This document shows positions 48,109 to 60,518 of a DNA stretch of 64,000 nt, piece after piece. The position numbers and the translations under genes were made by a program. The notes beneath the pieces were generated by a model. It was not told the origin of the DNA. It ran no database searches and worked only from the letters and a program-made list of their open reading frames with translations. The stretch lies in contig NC_086097.1 in assembly GCF_963921235.1 (NCBI RefSeq), forward strand, positions 210,926,001-210,990,000. Reading direction: 5' to 3'. How positions within the stretch are numbered: the stretch's first letter is position 1; each line of letters starts with the position of its first letter. The stretch comes from Mobula hypostoma. Taxonomy: Eukaryota.

Positions 48109-49059
48109 CACTGTTTGAACAAAGATTTTGCTTCCTGAATAGCTTTAGGTGTATCTTAAGAATTTTGAGCTACGGATCATGAAAATCACCATGAAATTTC
48201 CCTATCAGCTTATGTTTATTATTTCAATTCATAATTCAAGTCAATTAAAATGTTGCCTACAATGAAAGCTGGAAAGTTTCCTATCTTGTCCAGGCAAGCT
48301 TGGGCATACTTAGGCAGCGCGGCTGCTGCATGGCAGGACAGGTTTTAGTAATAATTATTGGATTCAGGACTGTAAGGATGGAATTTGCTATCACCAGGCA
48401 CAAAAATTTCTATGAAGGATTTTCATATTTGAGACAGATGCTTCCCAGAATAACTGATGCCAAGATTAGGAAAAGCATTTTTGTTGGTCCACAAATCAAA
48501 CAGGTCAACAATGACAGGCAATTTGAAGAATTTCTAGTGGGACTGGAGAAAATCACATGGAGAAAACCGAGGAAGTTGTTGATTTTTTTTTTGGCATCTA
48601 CAAAGCACCAAACTACATGCAGCTGGTTGAAAGCATGCTAGCATATAAAACCATGAAATGTAACATGTCACTAAAGATTCATTTTCTGCATTCCCATTTA
48701 GACTTTTCCCTGTAAATCTTGGTGCTGTTAGTGATGAGCATGGTGAAAGGTTTCACCAGCACATTGCGATCATGGAGAAAAGATACCAGGGCAACTGGAA
48801 TCCATCAATGCTGGCGAGTTATTGTTGGACACTTAAGCAAGAAGCCTCAGACACTGAAAATCATTAACAAAACTTAGTTGAACTATTGCAAAGCATCAGC
48901 ACCATTATGCAATTAAACACATTATATTCAATAAAAGTTAATTTGTTGTTTCTCCAAGTAGTCTGAAATTACATTTGCGTTTATCTTCAAGCAGTCTATC
49001 ATAAATGAAAAACAAATTCTGAGGAAGTAACACTTTTGAAAAAAATTTGTTGTCCAGTG
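48109..49059 (+). mobile_element. Chapaev3-like (CMC superfamily) DNA transposon, internally deleted
   Basis: Ends CACTG...CAGTG with TAA on both sides (48106-48108 and 49060-49062). Transposase remnants IFVGPQIK, CNMSLKIHFLHSHLDF and LGAVSDEHGERFHQHIAIMEKRYQG...YCWTL. Confidence 0.8.
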
Positions 49060-50924
49060 TAATCAAAACTATTTATTTACAAAATAGTCCTAATCAGAAT
49101 TTGAGCCTAATGCTTGCTTGCCATTTATAGAGTAACACATAATAATCCTGCAATATCATTAAATCAAGCATTAAAAACCAATGATGCTGGCCACAATTTG
49201 CATTCAGCACTTGCATATGCCGCAAGAACTTGCACAAGAATTTTAATCTTAAACAGGTGTGCAGATTATTCTAAGGGCATTTTACAGGAGCAGAATCAGA
49301 CAAGAGTGACACTGAACCAAAGAATTAAAGTAATAAGATTGGCCTGAGATGGGTTTTAATGAGCATTTTGAAGAAGAGAGAGTTGGAAGTTGGATTATGT
49401 TTTGCAAACTTTTAGGTGAACTCCAGTTGTGAACAGTGATGTAAGAGGTATAATGCTTATTATTAACCAAAGAAAAAGCCAAAGGCAAATGCTGTTTTCC
49501 CACATGCCCCATTTTACTTTCTATGGACTTTCAATTCCATGATTTCCCTTTACATCATTTGCTGGGGAATCAATTTTTCTTTGTTGCTTCACTTTGTCTT
49601 GAAAGCAACAAAAGCCATCTGTTCTTACTTTCTCTAACAAAAATTCTGAAAGGGGATACATTTAGCCATTGCCTCTTCCATAAAAGTAAGGGGAATTTTT
49701 ATTTGCTATATCTTTTGTTGCAAGATGTATATGAGGAAAATAACAAAGGCTTAAGATTATCTACAAAAACAGATTGCTTGGTTCGAAGAGACTCTTTTCA
49801 TATCAGAATTGCTCCATAATCATTTAAATAATAATTTTCATGCTGAGTAATGCCAAGGCAGCTTTTCAAATGGAACAATGTAAGTGTAAACATATATTTC
49901 ATTGCATAATGCCCATGTGTCCCAGTTGTGGATGCTGCCTTCATGTTACAAACAAGACTCTATGTTTTCTTCCTCATAATTACAGTCCTTCAAAAATTAG
50001 AGTCATGCAATCTTCTGAAACATTGATTTGTTCTGATTCACAGGACAAGTCTAAATACCAAACATAAGTGGCTCAAAGAAATCTATATTTCATCTTTATT
50101 CACAAATTTAACAATGTAAGATAACATCAAAGTATTATATAGTACTTTTTCATAGTGAAATGTCCTAAAATGGCTCACATAAAAGGAAGCAAGCTCTGAA
50201 CAGGAACTGGTTGAAAGCAATTCTTGAATCTATAAGTGCTATAGATTGGCCTTAAGGTGGTCTTTAAAAGTCTGGAAGCATTGTAAAAAATGGAGAGATT
50301 TAGAAAATGAATTCTAAAGTTCGAAGACTAAAGTAACTTAGTGCTACAGCATTAATAATAGATCGAAGGTAAAGGAAAGAACAGATACCATTTGTGTTAG
50401 AATAAAATGATTGGTAATGACTGGGAAGATATAACAATAAACTGAAGTGGAGTGCCTAGAGATTTGTAAACAATGACCAGGATTTTCAAATCCCTGGATG
50501 GGACACTGAATACAGTTGAGAAATAATTAATATTTGATAAGATGCACTTTGTTTGCTTTTGATAACTCTGAAATTTGTTGCTGAGAAATTCAATTGCATA
50601 TTACTATTGGTTTCAGTTTTATGCAATTAAAGATTGACTTTACATGGACTGAAATGTAATTATGCTTATTTCCACATTCCTTTACAGAAGGCACTTCCAG
50701 AATTATTCAGCCCCATAATTTCTTCAACAGCAGCACACAAGACCACACTGTTCCTTATGTGGGATAACTTTTGGTGCATCGCAGGGGAACTTATCGTGGA
50801 GTGGCTGTGCATTGAAAGAATTTACTGCAATGTTTGATTAAAACCCTGTAATACAAATTCCATGTTTAATTTGGCCCCACTTTCCAATCCCATTCCTAAC
50901 CTTCAGGGCTCCATCCCAAATAAT

Positions 50925-51915
50925 ACAAGAAAGTATGAACAGGAGAAGGCCAACAGGCCTTCAAGTCTGGCCCCCCTTTTCATCTAAACAAATCTGATCT
51001 ACGCTGACCTCATTTTCTCTCCTGTGTCATTTCTCCATTCCCTTCCATTCTTCAACTTTTAAAACATTCTTCCACCTCCCTTTTAAACACTTCAATGACA
51101 GCTTCCATCCCATGACTGGGCAGGGATTCCAGAGACACATCACCTTCAATGAGAAGAAATTTCAATTTACTTCAGTTTTGAATGATCAGACCCTTATCTT
51201 GTAATTGTGTCCCATTGCTCAAGATTCTCACACCACTGAAAACCTCCCACATTTACCCTTTTAAGCCTCCCTAGGACCTTCTATTTTTGAATAAGTACAC
51301 CCTCATTCTTCTAAACTCCATGGTATGCTGGCTGAAGCTGACAGCCAACCAACCAGAACAGTAAGTCAGACCAATATGAACATGAGCATTCCGTAGAAGT
51401 AACACTCAGTTACGTACTGATGATGCCACCTCAACCGGTGACAAAATGTTTGTGACCTAACCCATAGGCTCGGCGAACAGCTCTACAAACAATTATGCCA
51501 TTTATTAGATAAGGGAACCAAATCTGTATGCAACATTCCAGGTGAAATCTCATTTACACTGGTATAATTACACCAAAACCTCTATTTTAAACTCCAGTCA
51601 CCATTTTGATTACTGTTTGCATGTGTCTGCTAGCTTTTGTGATATATGCACTCGAACACTTAGATCCTGATCAATTACTTGCAATATCTCTCCACTTAGA
51701 TAGTAATCTGCCATTTGATTTCTCTTATCAAGGTGCATGATCTCACACTTCCCAATATTAAACACCATTTGTGGGCTTTTTAGCCACTCAATCATATCCC
51801 ATTACAGAGACATGGTATCCTTATCACAACTCGCCTTTCCATCTACTTTCATTTCATCTGCAACTTTGGAAACTTTACATACCACTCCTTCCTCCAAATC
51901 ATTAAAGTAAATAGT
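50925..51915 (-). mobile_element. Ancient CR1 fragment with a Penelope 3' insert
   Basis: ORF 51610..51795 contains QMVFNIGKCEIMHL. CR1 3' UTR-like sequence at about 50930-50970. Confidence 0.7.
51345..51492 (+). mobile_element. Penelope 3'-end fragment with a hammerhead-like core
   Basis: CTGATGA-tgccacc-tcaacc-ggtgac-AAAA (GAAA mutated) at about 51417-51446, followed by gctcggcgaacagc. Confidence 0.55.
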
Positions 51916-51941
51916 GTACAAGTACAGGCTAAGAACTGCAG

Positions 51942-52282
51942 AGTTTGGACACAAGAAAGCCAAATACCAGGAGCTGGTAGAGCAGTGCCAAAGACAGGGA
52001 CGGAGGGCACGATGTGAGCCAATAGAGGTGGGATGTAGACATTTGATGCCTGCTCACTGTGCAGAAACTACTCCCTCCTTGGCATTACAGGGGACTGCAA
52101 AGAAAAGGGCCATCAGGACCATCAAAGAGGCTGCTGAGTGGATCAAGAGGTGTGACCCGTGGACTAATGCCGCCGGGACTCAAGCCAGGGCAAGTGTGTC
52201 TGATATTGAAAGACATGAAACACCCAATGACCCCAGGTAACATCACTGATGTGTCCCAGCGCACCCTAGGATGTGTATCAGC
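51942..52282 (+). mobile_element. HERO-like non-LTR retrotransposon 3' fragment (restriction-like endonuclease clade)
   Basis: ORF 51914..52240 reads KKAKYQELVEQC...RCEPIEVGCR, the K..KY/EVG signature of the RLE C-terminus. 3' UTR ccaatgaccccaggtaacatcactgat. Confidence 0.75.
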
Positions 52283-52309
52283 ATCACTATATACTCCACT
52301 AATTACCTC

Positions 52310-52765
52310 CTTCCAGTCTGAAAGGAGGCGGCAGGGCACAGGCCTGAGAGCATATCGAAGTGGCAGGGTCTGGGTCCGAGAGCAAAGTATGGACCATTTA
52401 AGTGCCGGACCAGATTGAAAAGTACAGGATGCTGGGGACAGAGGTGAGGGACGAGCCAGTTCAAATCGCTGCTGTGTGAGTTGACTCTGCACCAACCTTC
52501 AGCTTGTTGCTCTGCAAGCTTTACTCGACTCTGCAGTGTGGGCATGGGCTAACTTTTGTGAACTTCAGTTCTGAACGCTATTTGCTTACTTTTATTGTTT
52601 ACCTGTTTGTTTCTTTTTTTCTCTGCACGTTGGATGTTTGATGGTCTTTTTTTTAAAGGGTTTAATTGGGTTCATTGTTTTATAGCTGCCTGTAAGAAAA
52701 CAACTCTCAAGGTTGTAGGAAGTATACATACTTTGATAATAAATGTAGTCTCCAATGTGGTACTT
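52310..52765 (+). mobile_element. Non-autonomous element with a Rex1-type 3' tail (copy 2)
   Basis: Homologous to 29160-29682. Confidence 0.55.
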
Positions 52766-55700
52766 TGTCAAATGCCTTTTTGAAGTATTCTGTTTATGAC
52801 ATCATAAATTCATGCAAAAGAATGCTTTACTTTTTTAACATTTAGTAACTAAGGTAATACTTTCCTCCATTGAGAAACCTAAACTGTAAACAACAAATCT
52901 GATTCATTTCATCTTAGACCATAAGACCACAAGAATTAGGCCATTCAGCCCATTGAGTCTGCTCCACCATTCCATCATGGCTGGTCCCAGATCCCATTCA
53001 ACCCCATACACCTGCCTTCTCATCATATACTTTGATGCCTGACCAATCAGGAAACAATTAACTACCGCCTTAAATATACCCACGGACTTGGCCTCCACCG
53101 CATTCCACAGGTTCATTATTCCCTGGCTAATAAAAAAAATCCTACTTACCTCTGTTCTAAAATGTCGTCCCTCAAGTTTGAGGCTGTGCCCTCTAGTTCT
53201 GGATACGGTCACCATAGGAACCTCCTCTCCACATCCATCTTATCTAGTCCTTTCAACATTTGGTAAGTTTCAATGATATACCTGCCCCCCCCCCGCCACT
53301 GCATTCTTCTAAACTCTAGTGAGTACAGGCCCAAAGCTACCAAACACTCCTCATATGTTAACCCCTTCATTCGCGAACCTCCTCTGGACTCTCTCCAATG
53401 ACAACACATCCTTTCTGAGATATGAAGCCCAAAACACTTGTCAACACTCTTAAGTGCAGCCTGACTAGTGTCTTATAAAGGCTCAGCATTATCTCCTTGC
53501 TCCCTAACACTCACAGATCTCTAGCACACTGCTAATATTTTCCACAGCGAAGACTGAATCAAAGTACTCATTAAGTTCATCTGCTATTTCTTTGTCCCCC
53601 ATTACTATCCCACCAGCATTATTTTCTGATGGTCCAATATCAACTCTCACCTCCCTTTTACTCTTCATGTAACTGAGAAAACTTATAGTATCCTGCTTTA
53701 TTATTGGCTAGTTCACCCTCATGTCTCATCTTTTTCCTTCTCTTAGCTTTTTTTCAATTGCCTTTTGTTGGATTTTAAAAGCTTCCCAATCATCCAACCT
53801 CCCACTCACTTTTGCTACTTTATATGCCCTTTCCTTGACTTTTTTTTTGCAGTCCTTAACTTCCCTTTTCAGCCATGGTTGCCTACCCCTGCCTTTTGAG
53901 AACAATTTCTTCTGTGGGACATATCTATCCTGTGCCTTGTGAACTATTCCCAGAAACTTCAGCCATCTCTGCTCTGCCGTCATCCCCTCCAGTATCCTCC
54001 TCCGATCCACCTGGGCAAGCTGCTATCTCATGCCTGTGTAATTCCCTTTATTCCATTGTAATACTAATACTGTACATGTGACCTATGCTTCTTCCTTTTA
54101 ATTTGCAGTATGAATTCAATCATATTATGATCACTACCTCCTAAGGGTTCCTTTACATTAAGCTCCCTAATAAAGTAAGTGTTATTACACAACACCCAAT
54201 CTAAGATAGCCTTTCCATGAGTAGGCTCAAGCACAAGCTGCTCTAATAGCATTCAACAAATCTCCTCTCTGGTGATCTGACTCCGACCTGATTTTTCCCA
54301 AACTCCTTGCATATTGAAGTCCCCCATTACATTTGCGTCATTACCTATATTACATGCCTTTTCCAGCTCCCTTTACAATCTCAACCCCACATCTTTGCTA
54401 CTATTTGGAGGGCTATATATGATTTCCATAATGGTTCTTTTACCCTTGCAATTTCTTAACTCCACCCACAAAGATTCAACATTCTCCAACCCTATGTCAC
54501 CTCTTTCTAAAGATGTAATTCCATCTCTTACCAAAAGAGCCACACCACTGCCTATGCCTTCCTGCCTGTCCTTTCGATACAAAGTATATCCTTTGATGTT
54601 AAGCTCCCAACTACGGCCTTCTTTCAGCCACCACACAGTGATGCCCACAACATCATACTGACCAAGTTCTACTTGTGCCACGAGTTTGTCCACCTTATTC
54701 TGAATGCTATGCACATTTAAATACAGCACCTTCAGTCCTGCATTTTTGCCCCTTTGAATTTTGCCTCTGTGGTACAATTTAACTCTTTTCGCTGTCTGTA
54801 TTTGTACCTAGTCATTGGCTTGTCCTTCCTTACATTTATGTTACACCTATCAGCAACTTGTAAACCTGCTGGCTCATCCTCAGCTCTATCATATTGATTC
54901 CTATCCCCCTGCTATATTAGTTTAAAGCACTCCCAATAGTTCTATTAAAACTGCCCACAAGAATATTAGTCCCTCTCAGATTTAAGAGCAACCTATCCCT
55001 GTTGTACAGGTCCCACTTGCACCAGAAGAGGACCCAATTATCCAGAAATCACTGTCCCCTACTCCAATTCTTCAGCCACACATTTATCTGCCACCTCATT
55101 CTACTCCTATCCTCACTCTTGCATGGCACAGGTAGCAATCCCAAGAAGTCCTGCTTCTGAATTTCCTTCCTTACTCCCTGTATTTTTTTTCAGGACCTCC
55201 TCCGTTTTTCTACCTATGTTGTTGGTATCAATATATACCACAACTTCTGGCTGCTCACCGTTCCTTCTGGATACTGGCAGCTGAGAGGCAACCTGCCTTT
55301 CCTTTTTACATCCATAGAATTGCCTATCTGTCCCCCTAACTATAGAGTCCCCTATTACTGCTGCCATCCACTGCTGTTCCCCACCCTTCTGAGCTACAGG
55401 GCCAGACTCAGTGCTCGAGGCACAGCCACTGTTGCTTCCCCCAGGTAGATCATTTCCCCCACCCCCCACACCCAATAGTACTCAAAATTGAGTACTTATT
55501 GTTGAGGAGGACGGCCGCAGGGGTGCTCGCCACGATCTGACGTTCTCCCTTCCCTCTCCTGACAGTCACCTGCCTTGGGGTGACTACCTCCCTGTAGCTC
55601 CTGTTTATCACTGCTTCACTTTCCGTAACAAGCCAAAGGTCATCGAGCTGCTGCTACAATTCCCTAACATGCTCTCTAAGGAGCTGCATCTCGATGCACC

Positions 55701-55767
55701 TTACACAGATGTGTCCACCGGGTTGGCTGGAAGTCTCCTGGAAGTCCCACATCTGACACCCAGAACA

Positions 55768-55768
<1 letters not shown>

Positions 55769-55805
<37 letters not shown>

Positions 55806-55880
55806 TATTGATCCTGAATGGGAAATCCTTTCATTACAACAGTAACGTTATGCAATAATAATGTACAAAGCAATAAAGCA
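55769..55880 (-). repeat. (TAA)n microsatellite that is the tail of a short Rex1-like insert
   Basis: About 11 TAA units followed by tactttattgatcc, the same motif that follows the tail at 26875. Confidence 0.65.
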
Positions 55881-56086
55881 TAGACTAGTGTGTTCACCTG
55901 TCGCACAGAGATGAACTGTTGTACATGGCTCTGTATTGAACAGTATGTTGAACACTGGCTCTGTAGATTTACCTCCTATTCTCAAGAGTTAAGAAACAAG
56001 AACGAAATAAGGAATGAACCTACCTACTTACCTTGCCTCCGCCTGTTGTCGCGAAAGCCTTACTACTCTGACTCAGACAAGTTCAA

Positions 56087-56179
56087 TGACGAAGGGTCAC
56101 GGCTTGAAACGTCGACTGTACCTCTTCCTAGAGATGCTGCCTGGCCTGCTGCGTTCACCAGCAACTTTGATGTGTGTTG
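56087..56179 (+). mobile_element. Monomeric Penelope-derived hammerhead-type element
   Basis: TGACGA-agggtcacggctt-GAAACGTCGAC core plus the gatgctgcctggcctgctg unit. caatgac is repeated on both sides. Confidence 0.75.
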
Positions 56180-56534
56180 CAATGACCACTCCGCTAGGTT
56201 TTTTAAAGCTGTTTGCCAGACCTGCGTGGAAACACTTCTGTTGCATCTGTGCAGTATTACAATGAACGACTCCCATCGAAAAACTTCCTGCTTTTTAAGG
56301 GTATCTGCCGGACCTGCATGAGCATGCTTCTGTTGCGAAGATGCTCATGTGTGACTCTATTGGAGATCCACTTACAGTTAAAATTAATTGTTACCAGTAC
56401 TAATAGTAGGGAAACACATATATATTCAATCTTAGAAGAAGACATTGGGTAATGGATGGCTCTATGACATTGGTTAGTATCTCTGCCTCAAGGATATCAA
56501 AGCACTATTAGTAAGGGACTAAGTTTTTTTTCTT

Positions 56535-57015
56535 TTGAGTTAGCATGATGCTTTTACCACTAGGGGTGTCAGAGTCTGAAATTCAATTCTGATATTCTCC
56601 ATAAGAAAGTTTGTATATTCTTCCCATTTGCTCAAGTGCCTCGTCTGAGTGCTCCAGTTTCCTCCCTCGGTGCAAAGACATAAAGCAAACACACAAAATA
56701 CTGGAGGAACTCAGCAGATCAGACAGCACCTATGGAAAAGGGTGAAAAGTCAATGCTTCGGGCAGAGACCCTTCTTCAGGAGTCCTGATGAAGGGTCTTG
56801 GCCTGAATCATCGACTGTTCACTCTTTTCCGTAGATGCTGCCTGACCTGCTGTGTTCCTCCAGCATTTTGTGGGCGTTGTTTTGGATTTCCAGAATCTGC
56901 AGATTTTCTCGTGTTTGTGTCCAAAAGCAATAAAAATTAGTAGGTTAATTTAATCATTGTAAATTGTCCTGTGATTAGGCTAGGGTTAAATTGTTGGTTT
57001 CCTGGGCAGTGTGGA
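56535..57015 (+). mobile_element. V-SINE interrupted by a fold-back element
   Basis: V-domain gtgctccagtttcctccc...caaagaca resumes as tagtaggttaatt...cattgtaaattgtcctgtgatt, as in 42015-42290. Confidence 0.65.
56689..56923. mobile_element. Fold-back element with two divergent hammerhead cores
   Basis: Symmetry centre gacccttcttcagga-g-tcctgatgaagggtc at 56781. Plus core CTGATGA-agggtcttggcct-GAAT, minus core CTGAAGA-agggtctctgccc-GAAG. aaagcaa is repeated at 56682-56688 and 56924-56930. Confidence 0.85.
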
Positions 57016-57301
57016 TCTCTGTTGGTACCTGTACTTGGATCCGGAAGGGACCAAAAGAGAACTCATTCATATGCCCTAATTAATCTTGAAGCAAGTTGAA
57101 AATAAGCTTAATCGTTTGTCATTACCTTGCAAACAGATCTTCAATAACCCATTTTCAGAAAATCTGTCAGTAAAACAAAATCTAGTAAGTTGTTTTCTTT
57201 AATTGTGAATGATCTTTACTACAACAAACACCACCCGGCTATAAACATTACAGTGCTTTGCTCCTTCACTAATCCAAAGTCAAACTTTCCACAAAGTGAT
57301 T

Positions 57302-58582
57302 GTCCACACTAGACCGGATAAATCCGTAACCGAAGCTTTTTCTCTTCGTTTTGACCCTCCGTCCACACTGAAACAGCGTTTTCCTCCCCCGAAAATAGAG
57401 TTTTTCTAAAACGCTCTCCAGAGTGTTTAAATCTGAAAACACCCTTTGGGCGGTGTAGTGTGTACGGGGTAACCGGAGCTTTTTAAAAACGCTGTCATGA
57501 CGAGCCGGAACAGATGGTGGCAACAGCACGGCATTTCATTGTTTTCTTGAACATAACCTCCAACACCATAACAACAATATCTGACAATAGATGTGTAACA
57601 GCCTAATGTAACATTGTATGGAAATACAAGAAAACACTGATGCAGACATTTTTTATACATTTAACAAGGTGCTTTATTAATGTATTGCTTGTGCAAACAT
57701 TCAATAGGTGCAATTGTCACTACTTCCAAAATGTCAATTTTTAAGTAATAGCTTATGTTTGGCATAGACGTGAAAATGTTAAGACCAAAAAAGGAAAATT
57801 GTAAGTTTCACTTTTACTCAGGTAAAAATAAAATCATTTTTGCCCAGTAACTCGTTTTATTGCACGTTAAATACAGCAAAATAATACAGAAAGACATGGC
57901 AAAAGTAAAGGCAAACAAATGAGGTAACAGCAAATTTCTCTTTTGCTCAGTAACAAGCCTTATTGCATTTAGTGGTAGCTGTCATCCCTTTCATCGGTGA
58001 AAAGACTATGGCTGCAGGAAATGTTTCCAGGGTGACCCCTCTGTGGGAGTGGGGAAGATGTTGGTGGGGCCACCCGAGGGTCCGCGTGTCCGTATGTGTA
58101 GCTAGTGTAGTGGCTGTGAGATTGGTATTGTGGCGGTGAAAAGTACTGGTGGGGGGGGGGGAGCCATCATATTCCTCATCATTGCAAATCCCTCTGCAAC
58201 AGAGTTAGTCAGTTTTTCAATGTTCGTCGTCAGCCGGGTCATACTGTCCGTGTACTCCCTGTCGGTTGCCTCCATCCACTCCAGTATTTGCTTTTTTAGT
58301 TTTAACTCCTCCTGCGCGAGAGCCAACAGCTGCCCATGGTTTTGCAATTTCCTTTTAAGTTTTTCTGGTCTGTAACTGGACAAACGTGCACCAGGTATAC
58401 CGGTTCCTCTTCGCTTGTTTTCTGTAGATGTGTCCTGCGCAAGCCCAGTAGGAGGAGATTCGCCCAAATACCCGTTTTAATAGGGACGGAGGTATTTTCA
58501 AAAATGCTTGGGTGTGAACGCCTATCATTTTTACGCGAAACCAACATTTTCAAAATTATCCGGTCTAGTGTGGACGTAGCCT
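57302..58582 (-). mobile_element. PIF/Harbinger-like non-autonomous DNA transposon
   Basis: Perfect 20-bp inverted repeat gtccacactagaccggataa (57302-57321 and 58556-58575). The right end extends to gtagcc(t), a GGCTAC-type Harbinger terminus. Internal ORF 58102..58467 is a coiled-coil/proline-rich peptide like the C-terminus of the Harbinger Myb/SANT partner protein. Confidence 0.75.
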
Positions 58583-59744
58583 CAGTCATCAGTTCCTGGA
58601 AAATGCCACTTACTCATCTCCTGCTTTACACATGATCCCTTGTCAAGGGATTATATATAAAGTATGATTTGGACAGAAGTTATATCAAATGTACAGTTTC
58701 AACACATAATTGTACAGAAGTTCCAGTATTCCTGTACATATCAGAACTGTACACATGGATACTTTAAACATATAATTTCAGAAGCTAAATTAATGCTTTT
58801 TAAAAATGAACTGCCGATTCTGATGAACAGAGTATGATCTCAAAACCAAGACAAATGTACCTTAAGTAATCATTCACGAATATTTATGTCATGTGCTTTA
58901 AGGGATAATTTGCACTATGTATGATTAATTTTCAGTTAAATATAAATTTTACAACTTAAGAGAAAATTAATGTACTGTTTTTGATCATTGAAATTCCCAG
59001 TTTTATTACATTATGGTTTCAATGCTACAAATACTCTTAACCTTGTACTGTAATAGCTTGCTTGGTTGAAATATTGATACACCACCTTGGAACTCAAAAT
59101 TCTGAAACACTCTCATCATCCAGGAAAAAGTCAGTTGGAAGCAGACATGAATACTTTCTCTTAGCTGTTTGTATAGTTTTTCTTCCAGCTTCAGCAATTA
59201 CCTTTTCAAACCTTAAGGCAATCTTCTTGCAATGCAGGGCATGGATATATACTCGTGTCAGTTCCATTAAATGAAGTTGTCAATCTTTATTCACCTCCGA
59301 CTTTAGTAAATGATACATTTTTCCACTTGATTGGTCAACTGAGAGCAAATAAAATGCATGCTTCTTTGGAATGGCTTATCCCTTCTCTGATTTTTGCAAA
59401 CAATGTACTGATACCCAGAACTGCCTCTTCAAAAGAAAGTTTCTAAATGAAATAACAGAAATTTGTCATTGGTTACCAGTGCCAAATGCCTGTGAAAGCC
59501 AGATATTTTAGTTCATTGTTTTCAATTCCACTGAAGCTAATGGAATTATTTGGGCTTTTTGGGGGCAAATTCTAAAATAAATATGGCTTTTCTTGGAGAA
59601 TCCCACAGGTTAGGAAATTCTACCAGGTACCTGTATATCCGATCCCCGTGTCTGCCTGCATTCTTCATACATTGGTCATATGGTACATGCACAGACATTT
59701 CAACCAAAGCTTAGAATGTCCCCAAGAGAAATTAGGTGATTTTA

Positions 59745-60428
59745 GACTATTAGACATAGGGACAGAATTAGGCCAGTTGGCCCATCGAGTCTGCTCCATC
59801 ATTCAATCATGGCTAATCTTTTTTTCCCCTCTATCACTCTATCCTGAAGCTGTACCCTCTTGTCCTAGACTCTCCCACCATGGGAAACATCCTTTCCACA
59901 TCTACTCTGTGCGGACCTTTCAACATTCGAAAGATTTCAATGAGATCTCCTTTCATCCTTCTAAATTCCAGTGAGTAAAGACCCAGATCCATCAAACTTC
60001 CCTTGTATGATAACCTTTTCATTCCCAGAATCATCCTTGTGAACCTCCAATGCCAGAGCATCTTTTCTTAGGTAAGGATCCCAAAACTGTTCACAATACT
60101 CAAAGTGAGGCCACAGCATCACATCCCTGCTCTTGTATTCAAGACTTCTTGAAATGAATGCTAACATTGCATTTGTGTTCCTCAACACCAACTCAACCTG
60201 CAAGTTAACCTTTAGGGTGTTCTGCACAAGGACTCCCAAGTCCCTTGGCATCTCAGATTTTTGGATTTTCTGCCCATTTAGAAAATAATCTGCACATTTA
60301 TTACTACTACCAAAGTGCATGACAATGCATTTTCCAACGTTGTATTTCATTTGCCACTTAATTACTCATTCTCCTAATCTATCTGTGTTCTTATGTAGCT
60401 GATCTGTTTCCTCAACACTACCTGTCCT
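59745..60428 (-). mobile_element. CR1 3' fragment, degenerate
   Basis: ORFs 59961..60350 and 59834..60061. Confidence 0.85.
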
Positions 60429-60518
60429 CAACCAATCCACCATTTGTTGGTCAGAATATTCCAATGGTGTTTCTTTATATGAAAGAATGATTTAAAAATA
60501 AAAAAATATATATGATAT

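Larger units (their letters stand above)
52914..56260 (-). mobile_element. Near full-span CR1 (5' UTR, ORF1 esterase, APE, 3' end) with most of the RT deleted
   Basis: ORF1-like VIGDSIVRG (55113..55475, SGNH-esterase motif), APE LKVLYLNVHSIQNK (54373..54777) and C-terminal ORFs 53209..53409 and 52904..53215. The sequence jumps at about 53500 from the pre-RT linker to the C-terminus. Confidence 0.85.

Noticed and set aside
59040..59460. Exon-like unique region with a minus-strand acceptor near 59443
   Set aside because: All three frames hit stops before a plausible donor, so a coding exon is unsupported. A non-coding exon cannot be excluded.
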